DNA of 25,213 nucleotides, from the IMG/VR virus record IMGVR_UViG_3300044698_000045, positions 1-25,213 of that record; one strand, 5' to 3'. Both the position numbers and the translations under genes were made by a program. The notes under the pieces are model-generated. The model was given only the letters and a program-made list of their open reading frames with translations, made no database searches and was not told the origin of the DNA. This document shows positions 6,145-15,666 of this stretch, piece by piece (within the stretch, counting starts at the first letter, position 1; every line of letters starts with the position of its first letter). The DNA comes from a virus (taxonomy: Duplodnaviria; Caudoviricetes).

Positions 6145-7773
6145 TCACGCATTTGAGGTCGCGGCAAGTCCGTACCTGCCAGTGGTCAGGTCTCCAAAAT
6201 CAGTAGCATTCCCGGCGCTGGAAATCGTTACGTAGTCGATTACGTTGGAATCGGCGGCGCTGCTGCTGCCCCCCCCGAAAACACCTCGGCCTGCTGTGCC
6301 GTTTGAGGTTGCGGCAAGGTAGTTCCTTGCCACAGTCAGGTCTCCAAAATCAGTAGCATTCCCGGCGCTGGAAATCGTTACGTAGTCGATTACGTTGGAG
6401 TCGGTGGCGGAAACAAATCCGCCCCCGAAAACACCTCGGTCGAATAGACCGTTTGAGGTCGCGGCAAGGTACGGCCTTGCCACAGTCAGGTCTCCAAAAT
6501 CAGTAGCATTCCCGGCGCTGGAAATCGTTACGTAGTCGATTACGTTGGAGTTGCCGCCAGTGCTTCCGCCCCCGAAAACACCTCGGTCAAATGGACCGCT
6601 TGAGGTTGCGGCAAGGTATGATCTTGCCACAGTCAGGTCTCCAAAATCAGTAGCATTCCCGGCGCTGGAAATCGTTACGTAGTCGATTACGTTGGAATAG
6701 GAGCCAGTGCTGCCCCCCCCGAAAACACCTCGGTCGAATAGACCGTTTGAGGTCGCGGCAAGTCCGTACCTGCTAGTGGTCAGGTCTCCAAAATCAGTAG
6801 CATTCCCGGCGCTGGAAATCGTTACGTAGTCGATTACGTTGGAGTCGGAACCCGTGCTTCCGCCCCCGAAAACACCTCGGTCGAATAGACCGTTTGAGGT
6901 CGCGGCAAGGCTGTATCTTGCCACAGTCAGGTCTCCAAAATCAGTAGCATTCCCGGCGCTGGAAATCGTTACGTAGTCGATTACGTTGGAGTTGCCGCCA
7001 GTGCTTCCGCCCCCGAAAACACCTAGTTGCCCAGCCTGCGTATAGAGCGTCAAAACACTGCTAAAATCCGTCCTCGTAAGCCCGGCCACTTCCTCAATCT
7101 CGAACTTCATTTTGGTGTAATTGACGGTAAAATGATCACCCTCTGGCGGTCTAGATATCCAGCCGAATACCAACCATCTCGAATTTGCCAGATCGGTAAT
7201 CATCCAGCCAGCCGGGTCGGTATCGAGTACCGTTGCCACATCCACCAAGAAATCATGAAACGCGTCGTCCCTGATCATGTTGAGGTTCAGAGAAAATACC
7301 CGAACAGATCCGCGATTTTTGGTATTGAGTATGCCGGACGCAGATTTGCGCACAACAGAGAGCCTGTTGATTGATTCGCGCATCCCGTACTGTGGCCCGG
7401 TATATGCCTGAATCGTGCCGGCCAGAGCAACGCCAGCGGCAAGAACTGCGCCAGCGCTATTTGATAAAACCAGAATCAAGGTAACTTCACTCGCCACGGC
7501 CTCCCATGTGACCATTATCGCCCCGTTGCCGCTGTATCCTGTTGTGCTCAAAGTTGCCCCGGCAAGAGAAACCGCAATCGTGGTTGCGTTGGTGTTGAAC
7601 AACTGGAATCCTGTTGCTCCGGCGCTGATGGTAAACGAGAGGGACTGCGCTCCTGCAGCACTGGCAATCCAGCGCTTTGCCGGGATATCATTCAACAGAT
7701 TTGATGCTGGATAATTTGCATTGCTGGAGCTGGCGACAACGGCGGTAATAAGATTGTCCACAATGACTTTCAT
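6145..7773 (-). CDS. Tail protein: distal-tail-like N-terminal region plus C-terminal six-bladed Kelch-like beta-propeller
   Basis: Second gene after the tape measure. Six repeats of RGVFGGG...SNVIDYVTISSAGNATDFGDLT.AR..LAATSN with the Kelch-type GG motif. Confidence 0.7.
   Translation of the reverse strand: MKVIVDNLITAVVASSSNANYPASNLLNDIPAKRWIASAAGAQSLSFTISAGATGFQLFNTNATTIAVSLAGATLSTTGYSGNGAIMVTWEAVASEVTLILVLSNSAGAVLAAGVALAGTIQAYTGPQYGMRESINRLSVVRKSASGILNTKNRGSVRVFSLNLNMIRDDAFHDFLVDVATVLDTDPAGWMITDLANSRWLVFGWISRPPEGDHFTVNYTKMKFEIEEVAGLTRTDFSSVLTLYTQAGQLGVFGGGSTGGNSNVIDYVTISSAGNATDFGDLTVARYSLAATSNGLFDRGVFGGGSTGSDSNVIDYVTISSAGNATDFGDLTTSRYGLAATSNGLFDRGVFGGGSTGSYSNVIDYVTISSAGNATDFGDLTVARSYLAATSSGPFDRGVFGGGSTGGNSNVIDYVTISSAGNATDFGDLTVARPYLAATSNGLFDRGVFGGGFVSATDSNVIDYVTISSAGNATDFGDLTVARNYLAATSNGTAGRGVFGGGSSSAADSNVIDYVTISSAGNATDFGDLTTGRYGLAATSNA
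6150..7025. repeat. Six intragenic tandem repeats of 147-150 bp
   Basis: TCTCCAAAAT recurs at 6191, 6341, 6491, 6638, 6785 and 6932. A 65-bp core is identical in all six copies. Confidence 0.95.
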
Positions 7774-9368
7774 GATATCGAACCCTCTCCGGTATAAATA
7801 AAACTGTCCTGGTCAAAATCTATGGTGATATCGCGTGCCCTGATCCATGCCGTAATAGATTCACCATCAGGACAAACAGACGTGTCTGTCCATGACAGCT
7901 TTTGCCCCGGATTGCAGAGATAAGATGCTCTGAGTGGAAGAGTTACCCGCGCCCCGGCAGCCTCAAGGATTGACTTGCGGTTGGCAAGAGCTGTGGCTAA
8001 GGCTGTGTTTGTTTCGTTGATGCTCGTGTTGCGCTGTTTGTTTGCCGTGATGGCCATCATAGCCCCTGGATCAGCCTTGTACCACTTGTACAGATCAGGC
8101 TGCAAAAAGTCGTCACGGAATAAAACCTCCAAAACATTGCCGCTACTATCCACCTCGACTATCTCAAAATAATCAACATCGGTGATGCACTGGGCGCTTG
8201 TATCTGGAGAAATTGGGATATTCAGAGTCATGAGTGGCCGTAAAAACTCAGTGCCGGTCGGCATTCCGATTGGGTCGCCGATTGTCCCGGCCCCGTATGG
8301 CGCTGCGTCATCGGTCCCGTGCCAGTATTTGGACTGCTCAGTCCACGCACTCGAAACGGCGAGCGATTCATTATTAAAGACGCCACCCTCGCCGATTAGC
8401 TCTGTTGCCCTGTCTGCCTGTAGTGGCACGATGCCGGCATAGGTCCAGCACCCTCCATCACTTGATGTCGGGGTCCGAATCTTGGCAGATACCCGATAAT
8501 ATTTATCCGGATCGTACTGTATCATCGTATCGTTACGCATGATGTACAGGTCATTGCCGCTGTTGTCGCCGCAGCGCATGTAAAAATGCTCAAGTTTAGC
8601 GGACACATCGCTGCGATCCTCAGTGCCATAGGCGTAGGTACCGGCTACGGAATACTGCTGCTTGACACCGCCCCAGATCACCCCGATTCCCTCTGCTGAG
8701 AACCGCCTGTACGGTGGCTGATCGGTGTACTCAGGCGGGGAAAAATCATCCTCCGTGACCGCCTTCTCCGATCCATTATCAATCAGCATATCGACCAGAT
8801 AGATGGTTGATCCAGAAATGTAAAACAGGTGATTGGTTGCCTCGGCAAATTCAGACAGCATGTCAATGATCGAGCTGCCGGCGGGCACCTTCCGGTAGAC
8901 TTGCGGTGAGGTCGCCCGGTCATAGGTATGGCTCAAGGTCAGGTTAAGGTATGACGCCCCGCAATATGTGGTAAAAACCTCAAGCAAAGTCCCGTCCACA
9001 AGCGTATCGCTGGCCATCTCGTTGCTGTAGGATGGCCCGTAAATAGCATACCGCGGCCCGTCCTCAGCTATTCCGGTACGGTGCGCAACTCCAGAGAATA
9101 TAGTAACCGCATCCTCTTCAGTGGTATCGCTGATCTTGACGGTTATCGCGCATGATTTGGGCGGCGGCCAGTCAGCACCGGCGAATAGGTCAGGATGGAG
9201 GGTAATGCCTCCATATTGCGGCTCAACATATCCCCCGGTCAGTGCTCTTGTCGCTTTGGTTATCGGCTCAATCCCGACGATCATCCCTTCCCACAAGTGC
9301 GTCAGCTCAAGATATTCGTCGGAGATTCGGTGTAGAGTCCCGTTGATTGTCATCTCGACCAGAATCAC
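7770..9368 (-). CDS. Minor tail / tail-tip hub-like protein with possible inserted carbohydrate-binding domain
   Basis: Directly follows the tape measure (GTGA overlap). Beta-rich. The central segment YDPDKYYRVSAKIR...WTEQS...FLRPL...VDYFEI resembles a jelly-roll module. Confidence 0.6.
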   Translation of the reverse strand: MILVEMTINGTLHRISDEYLELTHLWEGMIVGIEPITKATRALTGGYVEPQYGGITLHPDLFAGADWPPPKSCAITVKISDTTEEDAVTIFSGVAHRTGIAEDGPRYAIYGPSYSNEMASDTLVDGTLLEVFTTYCGASYLNLTLSHTYDRATSPQVYRKVPAGSSIIDMLSEFAEATNHLFYISGSTIYLVDMLIDNGSEKAVTEDDFSPPEYTDQPPYRRFSAEGIGVIWGGVKQQYSVAGTYAYGTEDRSDVSAKLEHFYMRCGDNSGNDLYIMRNDTMIQYDPDKYYRVSAKIRTPTSSDGGCWTYAGIVPLQADRATELIGEGGVFNNESLAVSSAWTEQSKYWHGTDDAAPYGAGTIGDPIGMPTGTEFLRPLMTLNIPISPDTSAQCITDVDYFEIVEVDSSGNVLEVLFRDDFLQPDLYKWYKADPGAMMAITANKQRNTSINETNTALATALANRKSILEAAGARVTLPLRASYLCNPGQKLSWTDTSVCPDGESITAWIRARDITIDFDQDSFIYTGEGSIS

Positions 9369-12300
9369 AATGCCCTCCGCCCCTGCATGCTTGGCCGCTG
9401 TTCCCTGCTAACAATAATCCGATCCGCTACAATCGCCGCCCTGGCATCTATTTTGCTGTCAATCAAATGCCGGGCCACGTCGGCCCCATCAAGGTAGACA
9501 TGCACCACTGTGCCAACGGTCGGCCCGCTTGGACTGTTGACAGGTGGCGCGCCAGGCGGAGGGGCAGGCCCGCCAACGGTCGGCGCAGGCGTAGTCGTTT
9601 GGCCGGTTATCTCATCAAGTGCAGCCTGGATATCGTAAGCAGCGTCCCTAATAGTTGACCCGGCGTCATGGGCGGTCAATGACAAATCCTGAATCGCTGA
9701 ATCAAGCTCGTACATGCCATAATCGAGGTCAAGGACCGCGCCAACAGACCGCTGCACCTGCTGCTCAAAACCAAGTAGGTTTTGCGTGTACGTCAAGGTG
9801 TCAAATCCGAGGTCCTGGATTATCCCGTCAACCTGATCCGTTGCTAGTCCAAGGCCGTACAATTCATCTTTCAACGAGTCCGTATTCCGCGATACTCCGC
9901 TGATTACATCGCCGACCTCATCAAGCACCCCTCGCAGGTCTTCTCCCCCAACGCCAAGCTCTGCAAGCCCCTCGATAGCGTAATCAAGCCCGGTCCTGGA
10001 TGCACTGGCAACATCAAGTAATTCGTCGCCCAGGCCGCGTATACCCATTTTGGCTTCGATGGATGCCGCTGCCATCTCCCGGCCCATCGTTTTGCTCTGG
10101 ATCTCAAAGGCAATCGCGGCTTTGGTTATATCCTGCCACCCGCCGCTTGCCGCATCGAAATACATCATGGTATTTTCAATCGCGCCTTCGCTGCTCCTGC
10201 GGATTCCGTCGAAAATCACGTTGGACTTTGTGAGGATTAACGATTCGCTGTCCATCATGAAGGCGTTCATGGTCCCGAAAATCGGGTCCATGCCGTTCTG
10301 GAACGTATCGCCGATTGCGTAGGCAAATGCTTCGGGGCCGATCCCGGCGCTGTTGAGCAATTCAGCAAGCGGAGGAATATCGGGCTTCATCATGTCTTGC
10401 GCCCAGAGACTTATCCCGAGTATCCACGGTGCGGCGACAAATGCGGACGTTGCCGACGCGCCAAGACTACCAGTTCCGGTTGTTGCCCCTTCGGCTACCG
10501 TTGCCCCTTCGGCTGCAACTGTGCCCCCGGTTTCAGAAGCAAAGATTGAAGTCCCGTAAGACATGCCCTCTGCGGCAGCAACCTCCCCGGCCTGATATGC
10601 AAGATACGCCTCATACGCCTGGTACGCAGAGTAAGCCGTGCTGACTGCACTCGCCGCACCCCCAGCACCGCCGCCACCACCACCATTCGATGATTGGCTG
10701 CCGCTGATTGCCGTACCAATGGCGCCCAGAACGGAACCCCATCCGGAAGAGCCGCCAAGGCTGGTAAGCAAGTTGCCAAGGGCCATCCTGCCCATGTTCA
10801 TGATCCACGCGGCTGCCATCTCGGCCAGCATGTTCATAAACAGATTTTTTACTGAATCAAACGAGACTTCGCCGTCCTTTATCCAGTCTGCAAGGATGTT
10901 CTGCATCCCGTCATAGGCTTCTTTCCAGCGGTCCTCGATGTATTCAGACATACCGCTGAAATCGTCTTCTATCAGGTCGGAGGTGTCTTCTATGTTCCTG
11001 GTCAACACATCGTTGCCGGATTGCCATTCCGCAACCATCACATCATAGCTCTGGCCGGTTTCAAATACCTGTTTGTCGAGGGCCTTGAAAGCGTCTTCGG
11101 TCTTGTAGATTGAGCCGTAAAACTGCTCGACCATCTGGTCGACTTTCTTTATCTTCGCCTCGCCCTCAGCGAAAATATCCCAGGCGTCTTTTGCCTTTCC
11201 GCCGAAATCCTCAAGCTCATCGCCAGCGGCACCCCATGCAGCTCCGGTCTTTTCACCGGCTTCCTTGCCTTTCTTGCCGGTATCCTCTACCTGTTTTCCT
11301 GTTGCTCCAAGCAGCGCGTTGAGTTCTTTCTGCTTCTGCGCAGCCAACATCGCGTAATGGATACGGTTCTCGCCAAATACTTTTTCGTCATTGGCAATCG
11401 CCGTGAGGGTTGCAATCTGCTCTTGTAGCTGGCCGGCAAGAACCTTGTTTTTGTCGCCGTAGATGTCCAGCCACCTTGCCGCCTCTTGCGGTCCCATCGT
11501 TGCCGCTTCCCAGACTTCAAGCTCGCCGTTGGCAACAGCCGAGAGGATTTGCAGAGAGTTTCCGAGTACTCCAATACGCTTGATGATCCACTCGACAACA
11601 TCAACAGCGCCTTCAAAGTATCGTGCAAGGTCATCCTGGTGCGTATTTACCCAATCGGTAAGCTCAACCAGTTTGGTTTTGAGGGTATCGGTCGATCCGG
11701 TAAAATCGTCTGAATGGGTAATTACCCGGCCAATGGCCTCCTGCAGGTCATTAAACGTGTTCCTGAGCTGAGTAAGCTGGCCTCCGTTATTCGCCGCCGC
11801 CTCTGCAGCCCCGCCGAACTCCGATTCAAGCTCCTGCAGGATAATCTTTTGCGCTTCCATACCCCGGCCTGATTCGGTCAGGGACTTAATCATGTCCTTC
11901 TGCTGTTCGGTAAACGACACTCCGACGCGAGATAATGCCGTCAAACCCTTAATCGGATCATTCAGAGCCTTGCCAATTTGCACCATTGCTGAGTTAAGAT
12001 CAGTGCCCATGACCGTGGACATATCAAGCGCGGCTTTTGTTGCCCGTTCAAAACCTTCCTCCCGGACGTTCTTGAACGTGGCCAGGATCGCCATGCCCGA
12101 AATAATCATATCATCGGAGAAGGTCGTGACGTTCTGCAGGCTGGAAGCCATCTTGCTGAGTTCTTCGACATTGAACCCTGCAGCGTGTCCGGTTGCGGTA
12201 AGCACCGCGTTCAGCTTTGCCTCTGCCTGGTCAGCGGCCAGAGCCTCCCGTACAGATACAGCCAACGCCCCGCCTACCGCAACGAGGGCAACGCCAGCCG

Positions 12301-12829
12301 CCGCCGCCGCAACCTTCAGTCCATGCTTTGCCTTCGCCAGCCGGTCTGTTGAGTCCTCGGCATTGCGCAGGCTTTTTGTCATCTTGTCCGCTTCAGCCGA
12401 GGAGAAACCCATCTGCATGGCCAGCTTTTTGGCCTCGCCGGCAGACAGACCAGCAGCAGATGCGAGCTGCTTCAAGGACCGCTCGGCATTGTTCGCCGCC
12501 GTGGTCTTCAGCATTTTCTCGTTGAGCTTAGAAAATTCCTTCTCGGACAGTCCGGCCTTTTTTGCCAGGTCGCCAAGGTTCGCGGAAATCGAGTCAGCGG
12601 TGGTTTTGAATGATGCGGCAGGGGTCTTGGCTACGTTGGCAAGAGTGGTCAGGTTGCCGCTCAGGGCGGTAATGTTCCGCGCGGCCTGATTGGTCGATAT
12701 GGAGTTGTTGAGGGCGTTTGATATCTCCGTGCCGGACGCCTTCGCATCGGCACGGAGCGCACGCATATCCTTCTGGTACTGCGTGATATCGCCTGCTACC
12801 TCAACGTAGATGGAGCCTATACGGGTGAT
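9365..12829 (-). CDS. Tail tape measure protein (start uncertain: ATC at 12829 or first ATG at 12766)
   Basis: More than 1100 aa, Ala-rich helical. Lambda-type TMP motif ALDMSTVMGTDL..A.VQIGKALNDPIKGLTALSRVGVSF. Follows the tail chaperones. Confidence 0.9.
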   Translation of the reverse strand: MTRIGSIYVEVAGDITQYQKDMRALRADAKASGTEISNALNNSISTNQAARNITALSGNLTTLANVAKTPAASFKTTADSISANLGDLAKKAGLSEKEFSKLNEKMLKTTAANNAERSLKQLASAAGLSAGEAKKLAMQMGFSSAEADKMTKSLRNAEDSTDRLAKAKHGLKVAAAAAGVALVAVGGALAVSVREALAADQAEAKLNAVLTATGHAAGFNVEELSKMASSLQNVTTFSDDMIISGMAILATFKNVREEGFERATKAALDMSTVMGTDLNSAMVQIGKALNDPIKGLTALSRVGVSFTEQQKDMIKSLTESGRGMEAQKIILQELESEFGGAAEAAANNGGQLTQLRNTFNDLQEAIGRVITHSDDFTGSTDTLKTKLVELTDWVNTHQDDLARYFEGAVDVVEWIIKRIGVLGNSLQILSAVANGELEVWEAATMGPQEAARWLDIYGDKNKVLAGQLQEQIATLTAIANDEKVFGENRIHYAMLAAQKQKELNALLGATGKQVEDTGKKGKEAGEKTGAAWGAAGDELEDFGGKAKDAWDIFAEGEAKIKKVDQMVEQFYGSIYKTEDAFKALDKQVFETGQSYDVMVAEWQSGNDVLTRNIEDTSDLIEDDFSGMSEYIEDRWKEAYDGMQNILADWIKDGEVSFDSVKNLFMNMLAEMAAAWIMNMGRMALGNLLTSLGGSSGWGSVLGAIGTAISGSQSSNGGGGGGAGGAASAVSTAYSAYQAYEAYLAYQAGEVAAAEGMSYGTSIFASETGGTVAAEGATVAEGATTGTGSLGASATSAFVAAPWILGISLWAQDMMKPDIPPLAELLNSAGIGPEAFAYAIGDTFQNGMDPIFGTMNAFMMDSESLILTKSNVIFDGIRRSSEGAIENTMMYFDAASGGWQDITKAAIAFEIQSKTMGREMAAASIEAKMGIRGLGDELLDVASASRTGLDYAIEGLAELGVGGEDLRGVLDEVGDVISGVSRNTDSLKDELYGLGLATDQVDGIIQDLGFDTLTYTQNLLGFEQQVQRSVGAVLDLDYGMYELDSAIQDLSLTAHDAGSTIRDAAYDIQAALDEITGQTTTPAPTVGGPAPPPGAPPVNSPSGPTVGTVVHVYLDGADVARHLIDSKIDARAAIVADRIIVSREQRPSMQGRRAL

Positions 12830-12831
12830 AT

Positions 12832-13143
12832 CTAGTCCTCCCTCGCCTCGGCTATGAAATGGTAGCTCAGTTTCAAAACCTTCTCGAAGCAGTCTTTTTT
12901 ATCTTCCACTTCGTAAAGCTCCATCGCCGCATGTACCGCTAGGTGATTGATTGCTACTGGTCCGTTCCAGCCCATGATGTACTGATCCCGGACCAGCAGA
13001 TAAATCTTTACCGCGTCCTCGTTTTCCGGGAGGGCTTCAGGGACACACTCAACACATTGAGCCGCGTCCCATCTGTCACCCTTCAGCGCCTTGCAGCGTT
13101 CGCAAGGCGGTTTTTCAAATAGCCGGGTCGCCCGGCTAATCAG
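12832..13143 (-). CDS. Tail assembly chaperone frameshift extension (gpT-like, DUF1799-like)
   Basis: Open -1 frame with no start codon near its 5' end: LISRATRLFEKPPCERCK...PENEDAVKIYLLVRDQYIMGWNGPVAINHLAV...AREDstop (TAG at 12832-12834). Confidence 0.8.
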   Translation of the reverse strand: MISRATRLFEKPPCERCKALKGDRWDAAQCVECVPEALPENEDAVKIYLLVRDQYIMGWNGPVAINHLAVHAAMELYEVEDKKDCFEKVLKLSYHFIAEARED

Positions 13144-13151
13144 TTTTTTTC
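13120..13151 (-). other. Programmed -1 ribosomal frameshift site with downstream hairpin
   Basis: GAA AAA AAC TGA contains the slippery heptamer A AAA AAC (13143-13149). Four nt later is the stem TAGCCGGG-CGA-CCCGGCTA (13120-13138). Confidence 0.8.
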
Positions 13152-13532
13152 AATGCGCTCCCGCGCCAGGTCAAAATCGGTGTCGATACTGGCAACACAT
13201 GATTCCACAAACTGTCTGAAACGGTTGTTCGTGGTCATATACAGAACTTTGTTTTCAGTCGTGCAGGGGATTGGTTCGCCGGCCTCATCCTCCAGCCCTT
13301 TCCAGTCTACAATCTGATGATCGTAGGTCAACCGGTTGAGTTCCGAGATGTCCCGCTCCACCTCTGTCTCACGCTTTCCGTTCCGCATGACCTCTTTGCT
13401 TTTCTTGATCTTTTTCGTGATCTCGATTGCGGTCATTTGGTCCATCGTGCGCAGGCAGATTTCCCCGCTCTCAGGGTCTTTTTCGTCAAAGCGAAACCAG
13501 ACCCCCTTGTTACCTGTAATCCTCGTTGCCAT
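13140..13532 (-). CDS. Tail assembly chaperone (gpG-like)
   Basis: Between tail tube and TMP. Motif IVDWKGLEDE.G..IPCT.ENK. Ends in EKN at a slippery site. GGAG RBS. Confidence 0.85.
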   Translation of the reverse strand: MATRITGNKGVWFRFDEKDPESGEICLRTMDQMTAIEITKKIKKSKEVMRNGKRETEVERDISELNRLTYDHQIVDWKGLEDEAGEPIPCTTENKVLYMTTNNRFRQFVESCVASIDTDFDLARERIEKN

Positions 13533-13557
13533 CCCGTTTCTCCCGATTTGTTAAAAA

Positions 13558-14010
13558 TTAAACCAGCACCATGAGGCCGCTGATTTTGCCGGTAAAGCTG
13601 GTCGTGCCCAATCCGGACTTGTCGAAACCAACATTGAAAGCTGTGGTTGTGATTGAGCTTGCAATTGTCGGCGCCCCGGTGGTCAGCGTCGGCGAGAAAT
13701 AGCCGGCAGTCTGGCACGCCTCGTAATACGAGGTATTATCCACATAAAAACGCATATTGGTCAGCGCAGAGTTATACAGATTGGCCTGCTGCAAAGCCTG
13801 CTGGCCGGTCGTGTCGGCCGGGTCGTAGTGCCCGTTAAACTGGATCGTCCCGCCGTCCTTCATTCCGTATTCGTATTGCTTCCATTCATCGCCAAACGCC
13901 GAAGCGTCCAACTGTTCGACCTGGATACCGTCCAGCGTCCAGGTGCCCATACCAACAACGGTATTGCTGCCCAGCTTTACAGCCGCGTCTTTTCCAACTT
14001 TCTTAGCCAT
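13558..14010 (-). CDS. Major tail tube protein
   Basis: AGGAGG RBS with ATG at 14010. Motif D.SAFGD.WK.Y..GMKDGGTI.F.G.YD..D.GQ..L is typical of siphovirus tube proteins. Gene order fits. Confidence 0.85.
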   Translation of the reverse strand: MAKKVGKDAAVKLGSNTVVGMGTWTLDGIQVEQLDASAFGDEWKQYEYGMKDGGTIQFNGHYDPADTTGQQALQQANLYNSALTNMRFYVDNTSYYEACQTAGYFSPTLTTGAPTIASSITTTAFNVGFDKSGLGTTSFTGKISGLMVLV

Positions 14011-15187
14011 GTGATGACCTCCTAATAATTTTGCAGAGTTGATGCAGGGTTTTGCCAACTTCCATTGTCGTTAAATGTCCAACCTCAATGGATGTATCTA
14101 TCCAAATTTGCCGCCCGGCATCCCGAACCTTGCTGCAAAAATTAATGTCCTCGCCTACCGCGTTGCCGTCCACCACCGAAAAGCTAAACCACGGATAAGG
14201 CAGATCGTCAAAAAGCTCCATGTTCAGCAACAGGCACCCGGTCCCGGTTGCATCCACCTCGATCAGATCCCCACTGTATGCTTCTTCATCCGGCACACTC
14301 AGATACTTGCCGACAGTTCCCCGGTAGAATATCGGGTCAAACGGTGGCCATCTCCTGTGAACGCGCACGCCGCACACGTCTTTGCCGTGGCTCAAGAGTT
14401 TGACCAGTGCGTCAGCAGGGTAAGTCTGGTCGGTGTCGCACATCAGGAGCCACTTTGCCCCGGCCTGCTGCGCCTGCTCAACCAGTGAGTTTCGCGCATC
14501 GGCAATGCTTCCGCTCCAAGGCCCGTGAGGGAACTGCGGCAGGAGGAACGTATACGCTTCCGGCTTTTCCAGACAGACAAACGAGGTGAAAAACTGTACC
14601 GGCACCGTGGGGTCAACCAGGGGAAAGCCGATGGCCAAGCCGCCCAGGCGCTCCCGCTTGCGCCGGATATATGTTTTCCGGTCCAGCACAGATATGCGCC
14701 GGTGGCCGTCACTATCCGCGCCGTTTGCCGGGTGGTCGTGGTCAATCACAACAGCATCAGTCACCGCCCACCTTCCATGCTCCTGGGCAATGTCCATCAA
14801 CTCATTGTCGCAATAGTGGTGCTGATATTCAGAGGAAAAGAACTGCCCACCTGTCAGGGCCAACATGCGCTTGTCGGCCATCCAGTGTGCACAATCAACA
14901 GACCCTTCAGTCTTCAGCCCAACTACGCCCCAGCCTTCCGAAAGAGTCGCCATCGCCTTCAGGCCGGCATCTATCCATCCGGGGCGCGGTATCGTGTCAT
15001 CACCGAGAAATACGATAACATCGCCGTGCGCCATGGTAACGAGCCGTTTAACCATCTCCGGGCAGCCAACCCGCTCAACGTCCTCAATCGCTACAATCTC
15101 GCCGTCAAAACCATGCTCCCGAATGGCATTAATACAGCGTTCAGCCTTCCCCGGCCTGATAAACGGTATGATGATGGATATTTTCAT
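14003..15187 (-). CDS. Two-domain family 2 (GT-A fold) glycosyltransferase
   Basis: Start at 15187 (ATGA overlap). Domain 1: ISIIIP...VFLGDD...YCDNE. Domain 2: IADARN...LMCDTD...ATGTGCLL...GEDINFC...GH. Confidence 0.85.
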   Translation of the reverse strand: MKISIIIPFIRPGKAERCINAIREHGFDGEIVAIEDVERVGCPEMVKRLVTMAHGDVIVFLGDDTIPRPGWIDAGLKAMATLSEGWGVVGLKTEGSVDCAHWMADKRMLALTGGQFFSSEYQHHYCDNELMDIAQEHGRWAVTDAVVIDHDHPANGADSDGHRRISVLDRKTYIRRKRERLGGLAIGFPLVDPTVPVQFFTSFVCLEKPEAYTFLLPQFPHGPWSGSIADARNSLVEQAQQAGAKWLLMCDTDQTYPADALVKLLSHGKDVCGVRVHRRWPPFDPIFYRGTVGKYLSVPDEEAYSGDLIEVDATGTGCLLLNMELFDDLPYPWFSFSVVDGNAVGEDINFCSKVRDAGRQIWIDTSIEVGHLTTMEVGKTLHQLCKIIRRSSHG

Positions 15188-15666
15188 TTCTTCGTGGCCT
15201 TCTTCTTTTCCGGTTTCCTGGAAATCACGGTCACATCGTGCCATGGAGCAACAGCGCTCTGCCTTGTCTCGACAACCTCAAGCCCTGCCGCCGCCACCAG
15301 CGCGGCCAATGACTCCACCGTGTACCGCCGATAATCCGGCTCGCAATGCTGCGGCCCGTGAGATGGCACGATGATACAGCACATCCCGCCCGGCTCCAGG
15401 GCTCCGGCCATCAGGTTGACCAGGGCCGCGTCATCCTCTGTGTGTTCGAGGGTCTGCCCGGAAATCACCGCATCGAACGAACCGGGCTTGATTCCTTCCC
15501 ACGTGTCAACGTCCACATTCTTGCCGGGGTGAAGATCAAGGCCGACATACTCGCCGAACAAAGGCCTGTACGTCCCGTTGATGTCAAGCGCCCCAACATC
15601 AAGGACACTGGCCGGCTTATAATCCGCCGCAAACTTTGCCATGCTCTCGTAGCTACTTTGATGCAT
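15184..15666 (-). CDS. Class I SAM-dependent methyltransferase
   Basis: VLDVGA motif I, YVGLD, FDAVISGQTLEH, L.PGG. Confidence 0.85.
   Translation of the reverse strand: MHQSSYESMAKFAADYKPASVLDVGALDINGTYRPLFGEYVGLDLHPGKNVDVDTWEGIKPGSFDAVISGQTLEHTEDDAALVNLMAGALEPGGMCCIIVPSHGPQHCEPDYRRYTVESLAALVAAAGLEVVETRQSAVAPWHDVTVISRKPEKKKATKK

Noticed and set aside
6150-7025. CRISPR-like array (identical repeats with variable spacers)
   Set aside because: Units are multiples of 3 inside an open reading frame, the inter-core segments are homologous to each other, and no cas genes are present.
12893-12902. Second frameshift (GAT AAA AAA GAC) fusing the chaperone to the tape measure frame
   Set aside because: It does not fit the X XXY YYZ pattern in the correct phase, and the SD before 12829 explains TMP translation more simply.
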